DNA of 64,000 nt, taken from assembly GCF_006345805.1 (NCBI RefSeq), contig NC_043010.1, forward strand, positions 62,310,001 through 62,374,000, written 5' to 3'. Shown here in pieces: positions 25,118 through 38,899 of this stretch. Positions within the stretch are counted from its first letter, which is position 1; every line of letters begins with the position of its first letter. The stretch comes from Octopus sinensis. Lineage: Eukaryota. The position numbers and the translations under genes were made by a program. The notes beneath the pieces are model-generated. The model searched no databases. It saw only the letters and a program-made list of their open reading frames with translations, and was not told where the DNA came from.

Positions 25118-26438
25118 TATATATAAGGTTTGATTTGTTAATTTCAGTACATTCCGATATGTTTTTATTTCCCTGTGATATTGTTTTTAGCTCCAGGCAG
25201 ACTCTGATTTTTTTCAATCAGTTAGCCCCATGATCAAAAGCATTCCAGCTGCCGACTACATTAACCTTAATGTGTGCGCCAACCCCACCTTTTTTCCCCC
25301 TCCAAGACAGTAGGGTATAAATTTGAAGATTTGGCCACGATTAATAGCTGTTCTTAGTTTTCTCTGCTCGTTCAATAAATAAATAATTTGCAGTCCCATC
25401 AACTTATGCTTTGAATTTAGTTCTTTATTTTCATGTTTGACACTTAATGTATACTAATTAACATATAATAAGGGGTTGGTATTATATCCATACCAGTCGC
25501 GTTCAAAAGGTAAGAAATAAGTAAGTATGTAAGAGGTAATCAAAGCTGGATTCGATCTCATAAACGTAGAGTTACGATTGAGTAGTTGAGAGAAAGTCGC
25601 TCTTTAAGATTCTTCAGTGTGATGTTTGTTAAAATGGCTTCTACCTGTGAAGGAAATTTAGGGTCTGAGAGTTTGACCCTTACGAAGGTCAAATACATGC
25701 ATAGGGTCCATAAACGACTGAGATAAATTGAAATCGGGGCCAAATTTCTTAACTCTTCCGAACTGGTTATCTGATTCCTGGCATGTTTTTGTTGTGGTTT
25801 TTTGTTGTTTAGCCCCCGGTTAGTCCTTTACTTAACAGACCCATGGTCACAAAGATCTTCGAACTGTGACCATCCTATTTTTTATTCTGGATTTATATTA
25901 TAAGACGAGTAAGTTTAGTTTGAGGGAAGTTTGGTTGCTATTTCTAGCAGGTCAAGCTCTCATTAGGTCGGGTGTAAGGTACTGTAGTATTGGGACCATT
26001 TGGATTCTTGTGAACTTGTTACATGGTGCAGCAAATATTGCAGGGTCCCAACTCTATTAACAGGTCTTCCTCGCTCCAATGATCATCAGTATTAAGACCC
26101 CTCCACACCCTCCCATTGGAAAGATAACCTGCCTCAACAGCAAATTATTCCAGCCTACACCAACTTGAAGGAAATGGTCAGATTTGGTGACCCCTTGGAT
26201 TATATGCTTAAAAAAAGAAAACCTTGTTAATACCTGTGTATATCAGTTTTATCACATTGAGTTTGAGTGGAGTTTTCACTCTAAACATTTCAGTTACTCT
26301 CCACTTGGGGAATAAGGGAACAGCTACGTTTCCAATTCTGTTTCACCCTTGATTAATACAACTGCTCTTAGTCAGTGTTGTTTCATCTTAAGGGTTTATA
26401 GTAAAGAGAGTCTCTTGTATTGAAACTAGGTTTCTTTA

Positions 26439-26656
26439 AGGTGGCGAACTAGCAGAAACGTTGGCATGCCAGGTGAAATGCTTAGCGGTATTTCGTCTGT
26501 CCTTTCTTTCTGAGTTCAAATTCTGCTGAGGTCAACTTTGCCTTTCATCCTTCCAGGGTCAATAAATTAAGTACCAGTTGCATACTGGAGTCGACCTAAT
26601 CCACTGGTCCCCCTCCCCCCAAATTTTGGCCCTTGTGTCAAGAGTAGAAAAGAAAG
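26439..26656 (+). mobile_element. Family-M SINE, tail type A, with 13-bp TSD
   Basis: CTAGGTTTCTTTA at 26426-26438 and 26657-26669. Confidence 0.88.
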
Positions 26657-26853
26657 CTAGGTTTCTTTATATGTAGTGGTTAGACTGGTTTGACAGAGAT
26701 GCAAATTTACATGCTTTGCAATAACTGTTGTAGTCAGTGTGTTTGAGCTGAGGGCCATGTGAATGCCCTTAACACAGGCCACACTGGTAGACATATTACA
26801 CAATGGGGGCCGGGTCATTTTTTTTCATGTTCTTCATCTGTCAGATGATTTAA

Positions 26854-27073
26854 CCCTTTTCTTACCATATTCCTGTTGAGATGCTCTGTGTTTCTTTCAA
26901 TTAATTTTAAATATAACAAAGAATTTAATAATATAACTTAGTTATCATTCAGCTAGTGTTAGGAACAGGAATTGTGACGAAGGTTTGATGGAAGATTTTA
27001 ATTCAGAACTTATGAAAACAAGACATTTGTACGCAGAGCCAGAGGCGTTTTCAGCCGGGTTGTAATAAAAGGG
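26854..27073. mobile_element. piggyBac-type MITE, uninterrupted
   Basis: TTAA|CCCTTTTCTTAC...GTAATAAAAGGG|TTAA. Related longer copies with an internal duplicated terminus lie at about 27125-27483 and 58920-59272. Confidence 0.8.
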
Positions 27074-28273
27074 TTAAAACAGATTTTCTACGCTTTAACA
27101 CTTTTGTTAATGTATTTGGATCGCTTGAACCCTTTCATCACCATTGTTTCTGTTGAAATACTCTGCCTTTCTTTGACTTGGTTACAAATATAACAAAATT
27201 TAATGAAATATTTTTGTCATTATGAATCAGATGCTTGGAACATCAGTTAACATGAAATTTTGAATGGAAGGTTTTAGTTTAGATCACTTTAACCCTTTTG
27301 TTACCATATCTTGGTTGAAATACCACTGCCTTTGTTTCAATTAGTTTTGAAAATAAGGAAGAATTTAGTAAAATCCTTGTCGTTTATTAAACTGTTGTTT
27401 GGCGCATAGCATGGAAGTTTAAATCAGAAAGTTTATATCTCAGAACCAGGGGCAGTCTCAGGTAGATGGGCACCAAAGGGGTGAAATCTCAGGTAGGTTG
27501 GTCTCATAGAACTCGGGTGGTCTCAGATGATTTAGTGTCAAAGAGCTAGGGTTATTCTCAAAAGGGCTGAGGTTACAAAAGTAGGGGTGGTCTCAGGTGG
27601 CTTGGTATAATTATTATTCTTTTGCTTTTCTGTATTAAATGGAATAAATATGAAATCAAAACCAATTTTCTTCTTTTTTTTTTCTCCCCCCCAGGTCTTG
27701 GCTGTTGTCGTCATTTGACCCCCAACTTCCATCGAAGCAGAATAATATTGCAGCTGAGTATCTAAACTCATTTGGAACTTTTCAAAGATTTTAAACCCTT
27801 TTTTTAGATGTGTTTTTCTGTGTTTCAAAAATATTGCTGTGCCTCCATATTTATATATATTTAACAAGAAGCTGCCAGACGCACAGACAGACAACCAAAG
27901 TTTCTGAAGACATACATTACTTTTATTGGGATAATTCTCGGATTTTTTATTTTCCTCTCGTGCATGACATTCTGTTGTCCAAATTCCAATATGAACCGAC
28001 AGAAATCTAAGATTCCGCCATTTGTGGTTGTGGGTGGCCTCAGAAATTAATCCGTACAAAAACCTAAAGATGTCCTGTATTGTGTGAAGTGAGGACACAA
28101 ACACAAGAATGATTTCATTTGTGTTGTGTTAAAAGGGAAATCTTGGGACGAAACCCTGACCGAACATTGTTTACCAATGAGAAGATAACAGCAAGTTTGA
28201 ACTTTCTTTTTCTTCTGTTCGTTTTCTATTTTCTCCAAATTTTAGATTTAGAAAGAATTCAGCCAACACCAAA

Positions 28274-29849
28274 ATGTATTCGGTCCAGTCCAATGATAAC
28301 TGCTTTGAGAATTGTGGAGGTGGGGGCCATAATCACTCTCAGTCTTTTTCACCACCGAATGGCCACCACCACCACCATCATCACCACCACCATCACCATC
28401 ACAACAACAACAATGGCTCGTTCATGTTTAAACCGAAAGGTAACGAAGCCCGGGACAAGCCATTCAAATGTGATATCTGTCGTAAAGGTTTCACACTAAA
28501 AGCCTACCTCCAGCGGCACCAGATGGCCCCAGAAGCTGGCAAGCATTTCAATTGTAACTTCTGCAGCAAAGTGTTTCCGCAGCGAGACAGGTTAGAGAAA
28601 CACGAGAGGACCCACACAGGTGAAAAGCCGTTCACCTGTGACATTTGCTCCAAGTCCTTCTCACAGAAGTCTCACCTGAACACACACAAAATGGTTCACC
28701 AGGGAATTAAACCAGCCAACCGTGTGAAACACAAGAACCTCCACAACCATTCTACCAACATGGCAATGATGGTTCCTCGAAAGCAGTTTCATAACCACTC
28801 CCACAATCATGGTCACACCCATAGTCACAACCACAGTCATAATCATGGCCACACCCACTCTCACAACCACGGCCACGCCCACAACCACGCCCATAACCAT
28901 GGCCACACCCACAATCACAACCACAGTCACGGCCATTTTCACGGAAGCAATGTGTCGTTCCAGAACAGCGGACACTTTAACTCCAAAGCATTCCCGATTA
29001 ACAGAGGAAATGAAGCTCGAGATAAGCCCTTTAAATGTGATGTATGTCGCAAGGGTTTTACTTTGAAGGCCTACCTACTCAGGCACCAACTTGCCCCTGA
29101 AACTGGCAAACACTTCCCTTGTCCGTTTTGCAGCAAAGTCTTCCCACAGAGGGACCGTCTTGAGAACCACCAAAGAACCCACACCGGGGAGAAACCGTTC
29201 ACGTGTAACCTTTGTGGGAAAAGTTTTGCGCAAAAATCCCACCTGAATACCCACAAGCACACACACAGTGGCGAGAAGCCACACCAGTGTCCCATTTGCA
29301 ATAAGTCTTTTGCCCAGAAGGACCATTTAAACAAGCACAGACGGACTCACACTGGCGAGAAACCTTTCCAGTGTACGATTTGTCTGAAAACCTTCTCCCA
29401 GAAGACCCACCTGAAGCAGCACAGTCGCATTCACGTCGGGGAAGAATTCTCTCAGTCCATGGGCCATAACCATCATCATCATCATGTCCATAATCATAGT
29501 CAGCACCAAAACCATCACACCAACAGCAGCCCTTCGGACACTCAAATGACCGCTGATGGCCATGGAAGCAAGCAGCAAACGCCAGCCCTGGTGTCCAGTG
29601 GTGGTGGTGCTGGTGGTACTACGACCCACCACCAGATGGCAGCCAGCTCTAGTTCAGCATCGACCTCATCTGGGACAGCATCAACCCATCATACATCGTC
29701 AATGAGGAAACAGCAGCCACAGCACTCGGCTACGTCACCGTCTCCCACTGTCGTTACCCCGGGGACCCTAGCTTCCAATTCTTGCTCTCATCAGATGACG
29801 CAGTCTTCATCATCGCAGCATGCAGCTCCACCACCGCCACCTCCAAGGA

Positions 29850-29882
<33 letters not shown>

Positions 29883-30325
29883 CTCCACCACCACCACCAC
29901 AGCAACAGCAGCAGCAACAACAACAACAACAGGCTCAGCATCACCATCATCATCAACAGCAGTCCACGCCATCGTCTTCCCCATCTTCATCGTGTCAAAT
30001 GATGTCACAACATCAAGCAGGACTCCGCAAATCGTCATCGTCGTCGTCATCAATGTCCCCCGCAGCCTGTTCTCACCAGATGATGTCCCAACATGCTTCC
30101 ATTCGGCAGCAACCAGCCACCGTAGCGTCAGCATCAATGAACTCCACATCTCCCCATCAACTTCCACAGAGACCTGACAACAACTACTGGAAGCGCAGCT
30201 TCCCCGTTACCACAGCATGGAATTCTGGTTGGTCCAACCAACCGGCTACCACGACATACGGCGTCGGACAAAGAAAGTGCGAGAGCCAAGAGGCTGTCCG
30301 CTACATCCAGACTCTTTTACAATAA
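28274..30325 (+). CDS. C2H2 zinc-finger protein (ZNF-B): 8 fingers (2 lacking the last His), His-rich and Gln/Ser-rich regions
   Basis: 683-aa ORF; six canonical fingers plus two C-x2-C-x12-H fingers; acceptor AGs end at 28245 and 28251, just upstream of the ATG. Confidence 0.92.
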
Positions 30326-31741
30326 CTTTTCTGACAATACTTGTGGAGAAACAAGTCGGAAAAGACAAGCATGAGAATTCTGTTTGTAGACCCTTTTTTG
30401 AAACGGTCTACGATCCCATCATTTGATTTAATCTTTCTTTCAAACTCCAGAGGGAAAAAAATCTTGTCAAGTCTACGACGAAGCGATTCCCTTGATGCGT
30501 CTCCAGTCCAGGGTGCAATGAGTATTTTTCTAAAAAACTGTTATTACATCATTTTCTTATCAGTCTGCGTTAGTCCACTTCCTTCTTTATAGAAAGCTGT
30601 GGTAGTTTGTCCTACAATCAGTGTGGGAAATTAGGACATGATGAGTCGGTGGGAAACCACCTGTGAAACTCCTAGCATCACACACACACATACACAAACA
30701 AACACACACACACACACAAAGTGAAGAAAATTGAGATGTTTAAATGATAGCAAGGTTGTAGCTGGGAACCTCACAAGAATCTCTTCTCCTCCAGGCTACA
30801 TTCTTTATTATTAAATCTGCTCACATCACATCCTATAGAAAGATGTCTGCAGTGAGTAATTTTATTGTCAAGTAGAAACCCGACCCCTTTATCTGTCATA
30901 CTTATTCCTTAGTAAACCCTTGTAGAGTCTCCATTATAAATATATTTAAACAAAAGACATCTTTTTCTTTTCTCTTTTTGCAACCATGTTTTCTATTTCA
31001 ATGGGGTGTTTATAATTTGTCCTTTTCTATATAGAGCAGCTGGCTGTCCTTTTCATTTTAAGGGTCTTTTCACTTTAGCCCCTTTTTTACAATTAGTTTT
31101 TTTTTTTTATTTCTTTCAAAAGGCCACAAAACAGAGCTTTGATTTCATAACATGTCAATCAACGTTGGGCTGGCCCTTTTCAACCCAAGACGCTCAAAGC
31201 TGGTTACTTTGTTTTTAAATCAGTGTTATGAGGGCTGTCCTAATTAGCCAGCCATCTACTTACTTAGATAAGCCCCGATTTAATTAACATCAGTGATTTT
31301 ATTCATCGTTTTTCAATGATGATTGTCCAGAACAGTTACATCAGATTCTTATATTGCTATTTTAAAAACTGTTTTCATACAATAGTGTGGGTTGACTGGG
31401 TCTGCAAACATTGACATTATATTGGTGCTGACACTAATTTTACTACTGAATTTGTTCTCTTCTCTCTCTCTCCTAACATCAGACCCCACTCGACCATGAA
31501 GCTGGAGTATGGCAGCATAGTTAGAGGGGACGGTGAAGAAAAGGACTTGTCTCACAGACAGAGTCTGTCGATTGTGTTCTGTGGCAAGATCTAAGCCTCT
31601 CCGTTGCTATGACCCTCCCTGGTAGACTTGGAGTATTATCGAATTGTTCAACCTATACTTCACGCACACAGACAGACAGACACACACTCACACACACATA
31701 CATACATGCATATATACATACATACATATATACACACATAC

Positions 31742-31804
<63 letters not shown>

Positions 31805-31835
31805 TACACATATATATACATACATATATACATAC

Positions 31836-31882
<47 letters not shown>

Positions 31883-31885
31883 TAC

Positions 31886-31931
<46 letters not shown>

Positions 31932-33609
31932 GCACACACATTTATATATATATGTATGCATGTATATATATATATATATATAAATATATATATAAAACTT
32001 TACTTTTCCTAGTGGGAGTGCCTGTTGTCCACACAACATGCCCACCCCCACAGCAATCCCTGTATATACAGCCACTCCCATAACACTCCCCCCACACAGA
32101 CACCTGTGTGTTCTCATGATTTACATTACCAAGATTTTTCATTTTCTGTTTGTTTTTAAAATCTCTATAAACGAACGATATATATATATATATATATGTG
32201 TGTATGTGTGTGTGTATATACACACATAAAGCTATGTACACCATGTGTTGTATAAACTTCTGACTACAATCAATATTAATACTACTACGACTGCTACTAC
32301 TACTACTATTACTACTACTATTTCATTATATCCAGTGAATTCTAGATTTTTTTTTTTGCCCCTCTTTGTCTAGCCCCCGATGTCATTACTTCAAACCGAA
32401 CCACTGTTATGATACCATCACAGTAAGGGCCTATTTCTGGCCCCTTTCATTTCATATGGGGTTACCATCAAAGATGGCGCCAAAACGGATCTTACTAGGG
32501 AGTATGTTGCCCAACTAAATTGCGTGTACATAGAACTATTATACATCCTTGTGTGTGTGTGTATGTATGTGTGTCTGTGTATGTGTGTGTATATATGCGC
32601 CTACATAAATATATACATACATGTGTATGTGTATATGTATATATATGCAGGTGTGTGTGTGTGCACAATCAACATTGCTGAGTTTGTATAAATATGCTTA
32701 ATCCTGTTTGTGTGTTTCTTCTGTCCGTACGTCTCCAGTTCACACCACACTGCATACCCCCCTCTTTCTGCTCCCCACCCCATCCCCAAACAACCCCCCC
32801 CCACAGCCCCCACCCCCTTCTCACTGATCATGACAATTCATATCATGCTGCTGTTTGCTATTTGCTGCCCCCCCCCCGTTGCCCCTATATGCAGCATATT
32901 GCAACGGCATCCTGTAGCATCAATCAGCCTAAACATGCCACGAATCTTCATCAGTCTCCATCAATCACCATCACTCGACCTATTGGCTTTTTAACGTTTT
33001 GACTTATTTTTTGGCTGCAAAATATTTCTTCCTTTCTCTGGTTTCATTTATTTGTTGTTAGTTTATTATTTCAGCTTTGCCTGATGAAACAAAATACCAG
33101 TTACGTACTGGGGGGGTCAGTGTAACTTACTTTTTTCCGGCCCCTAAATTTCAGGTCTTGTGCCCTTATATGGTAGAAATTACTAGAGTTAGGGCAATGG
33201 GTGGTAGAAACTGGAGAGGTCACAGAACAATACCTGGTGGTGTTTAGTTACATCCCTTCAGCTTCTGGGTTTAAATCCCTCATGACATTGTCTGTGTTTT
33301 TTTATAAGCATCTGTGAAGTAGGGGTGGGATTTGTACCAGTCATGAATTGGGGTTTGATGTAACTTATTGACCTCTCACCTTGGCAATTCCTTGTGTTTG
33401 GGTCTGTTTTAGAAGGAATTCTGGTGCTGTTCTCTACTTAGACTGGTTTCAAGCAGTGAAATGTGGCCATGCTGGGGCATCACTCGAGGTTCTGGTTGAT
33501 AAATGACTAACATTATGGGGATTTACCTGATATACCATGAGTCCAACAAACAGTGTCTTCGAGTCCTGCAAGAGATGCCTTCGACGTATCACTCCCCCCC
33601 CCCTGGGCC

Positions 33610-33820
33610 TATTATTATACAAGCTGCAAGAATCATAAGCCACACCAGGCAAAATGCTTGGTGCCAGTTCATCCCTCTTTACATTCTGAGTTCAAATTCC
33701 ACTGAAGTCCACTTTATCTTTTATCCCTTCAGGGTTGATAAAACAAATACCAGTTGAGCACTGGGGTCAATGTAATCCATTTATCCCCTCCCCCCAAATT
33801 GCTGGCCTTGTGCCAAAATT
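33610..33820 (+). mobile_element. Family-M SINE, tail type B
   Basis: Head, central domain and tail recognisable. Further copies at about 35045-35240 (+) and 46262-46715 (two, -). Confidence 0.75.
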
Positions 33821-36242
33821 TGAAATCCTCCTCCTCATTATCATCATCCTCATTATTATTATTATTATTATTATTATAAACGGTTTCTGATTGAGGCACA
33901 ACTTACTTTTTTTGTTTTGTCTTTTAGGAGAGGGTTTTAATCCTTTCCATTCTTCCCTGTCTTTTACTGGTTGCTTCTCTGTTTTATCAGCCTCAAAAGA
34001 ACGAAAGGCAGAAGGAATCAACACATCAGAAATGGTAGAGCAGCAAAGGATTTGCTTTCATGTGTGTATATGTCCCGTTTGTCTCTCTCTCTATCTCTGT
34101 GTATATATGTGTTTGTCAGCCTATTTGTGTGTGTAAAATCCTTCACAAACCATGGAAGTATAAATTCAGAAATTAAAATATGAAAATTTCCTATTTATTT
34201 ATGTCTGATGCCATCTTTCTGCTGTGAATTTTTTTCAGTGACTTTCTTCATTTCCAAACGTTTTTTTTTCTTTGATTTTAACCTCCCTTAAATATTGTAC
34301 TGGGAAGGGTTCTCTCTATCAGCCCTTAATGCTCAACGCCTAGATTCTGATTCCTGTTGGTTTACTCTTGACAAGAGCATGAATGTTACAACATCACATT
34401 TTCCTAGAATTAGTTCTGTTTAAGAAAAATAATTTGTAAACAGAAAACAGTTCACTTGAGTCTTATTGGAAACTGGATGTCAGTATTTGGTGAAGTTGTG
34501 GCTGTCATGCCAAACTATTTTGTGCTGATAGTCATCAGAGTCCCACATCTGACTGGAGCAGGTCATGACCATCCCATCTTATTTTCAGGCATAATACATC
34601 AAGGACTACATTATCTAATGTCCCTTGTTTTTTTGTTAAGGTTTATGACTGAATTGGAAGCTTGTCCCCTAAAGTCTGAGAGAGAGAGTTTAGGGTCCTT
34701 TTAGAAGTCTGCCTACTCTTGAGGGTGTTAATAGCTAGGAGAAAGATTTATATATAAGGTAAAAGTGCTGAACCACTGAGTTCAAACCTGACCACGACAG
34801 TCGTTATATTATGTCGTCCTGGGTCACAGACCTAATTTTGTTAACAGTTTGCTTGATTGAACTAAACACAGATCCTACTTCTTCACAGTTGAGAGGGTTT
34901 AATGCTAGCTTGGACATCCAGACGTGAAAATCATTTCGGAAACAAACAACTGTGGAAAAACATGGATGTGTTATGAGTGGACATTGTTACCCGACGGTGT
35001 TGTGGCAGCACATTTAATTGTTAATATAGAAATAGGTGATAAGGTAGCAGGCTGGCGGAGTTGTTAGCACGCTGGGCATGTTGTCCTTCTGTGCTTTGGG
35101 AGTTCAAATTACACCGAGGTCAGTTTTGCTTGCTACCCTTTCAGGGTCGATAAAAAAATTACTGACTTGAGTACTGGGGGTCAATGTAATCAACTTAACC
35201 TGCTCCCGGAAATTGCTGGCCTTGTGCCAAAATTTGAAACATGGAAATTGATAACGGTCAGAGTCAGGACAATGATGCAAGGGAGGTAACTGTGGCCTGC
35301 TTCGGCTCTACCTGTCGTCCACGGTGGCAATAAAGAATCCGGCCCCACTCCTGCTGTCAAAGGAGGATTTGTTTGTGGAGTTTATGGGTGTTGTAGAGAT
35401 GATGGCGGTTATTAACTGCGCACGTACTGGGACACTCCACCCTACCACCACCACCACTGCTGCTACTACTACAGCACAAAAGTACAGCCATTACTCGTTA
35501 GCGAATATGTCCTTATAATATGCCACCGGCTTTCAAAAGTAGTTTTGGGTTCTTAGGGGTGAGGAAGCAGAGATGGGGCCATCTTGGATCACTCGATTTT
35601 CCTGAACATAGTGAGAGAGATAGAGAGAAGTGGGGAAGGAAGGAAGGGAGCAGTCTACATCCAGTGCTCCCTTATGGGTACTTGTTTACAGCTGAGTGGA
35701 CTGAGGCAATGCAAAATGAAGTCCCTTGCTAAAAGGCATAGTGTACTGCCCAGTCCAGGAACTGAACCCATTTACAACTAGGCTGTGTGTCTTTCTACCT
35801 TCTTCACCCTTCGATGGTTGTATTAGTCTGTGTATGAACCACGGTGGTGGGTGGGGGTGAAATAGTAGAAATAGTAACCAAATTCCCTTCATTCCACAAC
35901 ACACCATCTCATACAAAGGCCACATAAAATAATGGATGTCCCCTCCCCACAAATACAAGGCTGGGATGGTCATTTCTGGAATGTCTTTGATCAAGTCTGA
36001 CCTTGACTCACTATAAACATAATTAACAGGTGTTGGCCATGGACCACTACTTCTCTTCATCTTCCTGCTTCAAATTGGTTTATTTTGCTAATCACTTTTT
36101 TTTGTTTGTTTGTTTCGTTCATTTATTAGTTTCAGTTGGGGTGCTGTGGCCATACTGGGGCACTGCAATTAGTCTCACTACTTGAAACCTCCCCTAACGT
36201 GTGGCATCTGGTGAACGAGGGAGGTTGATGTCGCTGCCCTCA

Positions 36243-36500
36243 TCTACGCCTCCAGCATTGAGGTAGGCTCATTTGGAATCCTTGACCAGAAGAGATCCAG
36301 CTCTGTTTCCAAGACAACTACATTCACTTCATGTACGTCTCTCAGGGTTTTCAAGAGAATATTGAAGAGCTGTGGGCCCTTAAAACCCAAGCTGTTGTAG
36401 TATCTGGTTCTGTATCCTGATGGCAACGGTGGGACCTTGTACCAAAATTTTGGTACAAGCCCTTTCAGGGTTTTCCAGATGTATATCACTACATATCTTT
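36243..36500 (-). pseudogene. CR1-like LINE ORF2 C-terminal remnant
   Basis: ORF reads YNSLGFKGPQLFNILLKTLRD...ELDLFWSRIPNEP, typical of CR1/L2-group ORF2 ends; homologous DNA at about 38900-39130. Confidence 0.65.
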
Positions 36501-37602
36501 CCCACCTTTGTTCTTGGGAGTAGAGCCTTTACTCTTTCAGCCTCTCCCAGGAGCTGACATGTCACATCAAGATGAACCTCAGAAAGGCATGAATGCCACC
36601 AACTCCATCCTTTTAATTTTCTAATTTTTCTTTTTATTACTAATCATTGATCATGTTAATCACTACAGAAATACGATTAATTTTTGTTGAAATCTCTTTT
36701 AATAATCAACAGAGATGGTCATGGCTAGAGCCTTGTTGACTGTGGACCTGCAACTGAGCACCAAAAGCAACAGCCCCAGATATCTCCCTCCCCCTCTCTC
36801 ATGTCTCTCCGACTTCCTCTCTCTTCCCCTCTTTATCTCTCCTCTGTTTCCTCCTTTCTTCCTTCTCTCTTTCTCTTTTTTATGATTCTCAGTCAAAGAT
36901 ACTTTTTGCTTTTAAGTTTTTTTTTGTTTTTTGTTTTTCTGGTTTCCATTTCCGTCATTCCTTCTGCTCACGTCTCCAGTGTGTGTGACCGTAAATTCAA
37001 TCCCACAGGTTGCTTTATATGTATGCGTGTATCTGTGTGTGCAAACTGGACATACATGTATATATCTACCTGTATATACATCTATGCAGGTACAAACGTA
37101 TATGAGTGTGTCTCTGTATCAATCTACAATTCCTCCATCACCACCATGACCAACCCCTCTGACAACCATCAAAATGAAATATCCCCGACCCCTAACCCCG
37201 TTCCGTTGTTATCTCATTCCCTCGACGAAATAAAATACAATAAGGTGACCAGACAATAACAAACCATACTTTCTCCTAGATCTGTATGATGGCGGGGCAA
37301 TGTTTTACATCTTCTCTCCATCATAATTGTCTTAAGTATTGTACAAAATAGAATAGCTAATTGCCTTATTCGTTAAAATCTAGATGTTAATTTGTATTTA
37401 TATTTCAATAAATCCATTTACAAAGCCTCACTAATTTTTTTTTTCAGTTTTCATTCTTATCCTTTTTTTTTTTTTTCAAATGTGTTTAAATTATTTTTTG
37501 TCTGATATAACCTAAAAGATCTATTTCAGGGTCAGTAATGTGAGAAGAACTTAGGCAGATGGAGACTGTATGTGCATTCATGAATATTATAGATCTATAT
37601 TT

Positions 37603-38545
37603 ATGGGTACAGACTGTGTGACACATGTGTGCAAACAACCATGCTACATGGCAGTGAAACCTGGTCCGTGACTGCTGAGGACATGCGTAATCTTGCGAGT
37701 AATGAAGCCAGTATGCTCTGCTGGGTGTGTAATGTCAGTGTGCATACATGAGAGAGTGTAAGCGCCCTGAGAGAAAGGTTGGACTTAAGAAGCATCAGAT
37801 GTGGTGTGCAAGAGAGACAACTGTGCTGGTATGGTCATGTGTTGCATATGGATGAGGACAGCTGTGTGAAAAAGTGTCACACCCAAGGAATTGAGGGAAC
37901 CTGTGGAAGAGGTAGACCCAGGAAGTTCTGGAATGAGGTGTTGAAACATGATCTTAGAACATTGGGCCTCACTGAGGCAATGACAAAGACCTTTGGAGAT
38001 ATGCTGTGCATGAGAATACCCAACAAGCCAAGTGAGATAATAACCGTGGCCTATGCCAATGCAGCATAACCATCACATGTAATAGTGTCCTTCAATCATT
38101 GGGCAATAAACTGCGCTTGCGAAGACCTGTTGAGGCAAGTGAAATCATTGTCATGGCCGATAACAATACTGCCCAATTAGCACCTGTGCCAGTGGCACAT
38201 TAAAAGCACCATTCAAGCGTGATCGTTTCCAGGGCCGCCTGATTGGCACCCATGCTGGTGGCACATAAAAAGCACCATTTGAACATGATCGTTGCCAGCA
38301 TCGCCTGCTGGTGGAAAGTGAAAAGCACCATTCAAGCGTGGTCCATGCCAGTACCACCTGACTGGCTCCTGCGCTGGTGGCATGTAAAAGCATCCACTAC
38401 ACTCTCAGAGTGGTTGGCATCCAACTGTAGAAACACTGCCAGATCAGATTGGAGCCTGTTTCAGGCTTCTGGCTTGCCAGCCCTCAGTCAAACCATCCAA
38501 CCTATGCCAGCATAGAAAACGGATGTTAAACGACAATGATAATAA
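37603..38545 (+). mobile_element. 5'-truncated RTE LINE: ORF2 C-terminus, 3'UTR with ~60-bp tandem repeats, (GAT)n-like tail
   Basis: MLHGSETW-like codons near 37640; ORF RQLCWYGHVLHMDEDSCVKK...GRGRPRKFW, a typical RTE end; then 4-5 AAAAGCACC-containing repeats and the tail shared with many short copies. Confidence 0.85.
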
Positions 38546-38899
38546 TATTTGTGTCTGTGTTTGCCCACCCCAATATTGCTTGAAAACCAATGTTGATGTG
38601 TTTATATCCCTGTAACTTAGTGGTTCAGCAAAAAAGACTGATAGAATAAGTACTATGCTTATAAAGAATACGTCCTGGAGGCAATTTTGTTTGACTAAAG
38701 GTGGTGCTCCAGCATGGCCGCAGTCAAATGACTGAAACGAGTAAAAGAATAAAAGAATATATGTATGTATACACACATATATGTATGTGTGTATACATAT
38801 ATATATATATATATATATACAGTGTGATTAGAGTTGTTTTGTGTGCTGCTTCTGTTGAAGTTGGGTGGAGAGACTCCTTTGTGCCTCCTGTCATGATGT

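Noticed and set aside
27450-27605. Four to five short (GG)TCTCAG repeats
   Set aside because: Too short and irregular to support a function; adjacent to degraded MITE ends.
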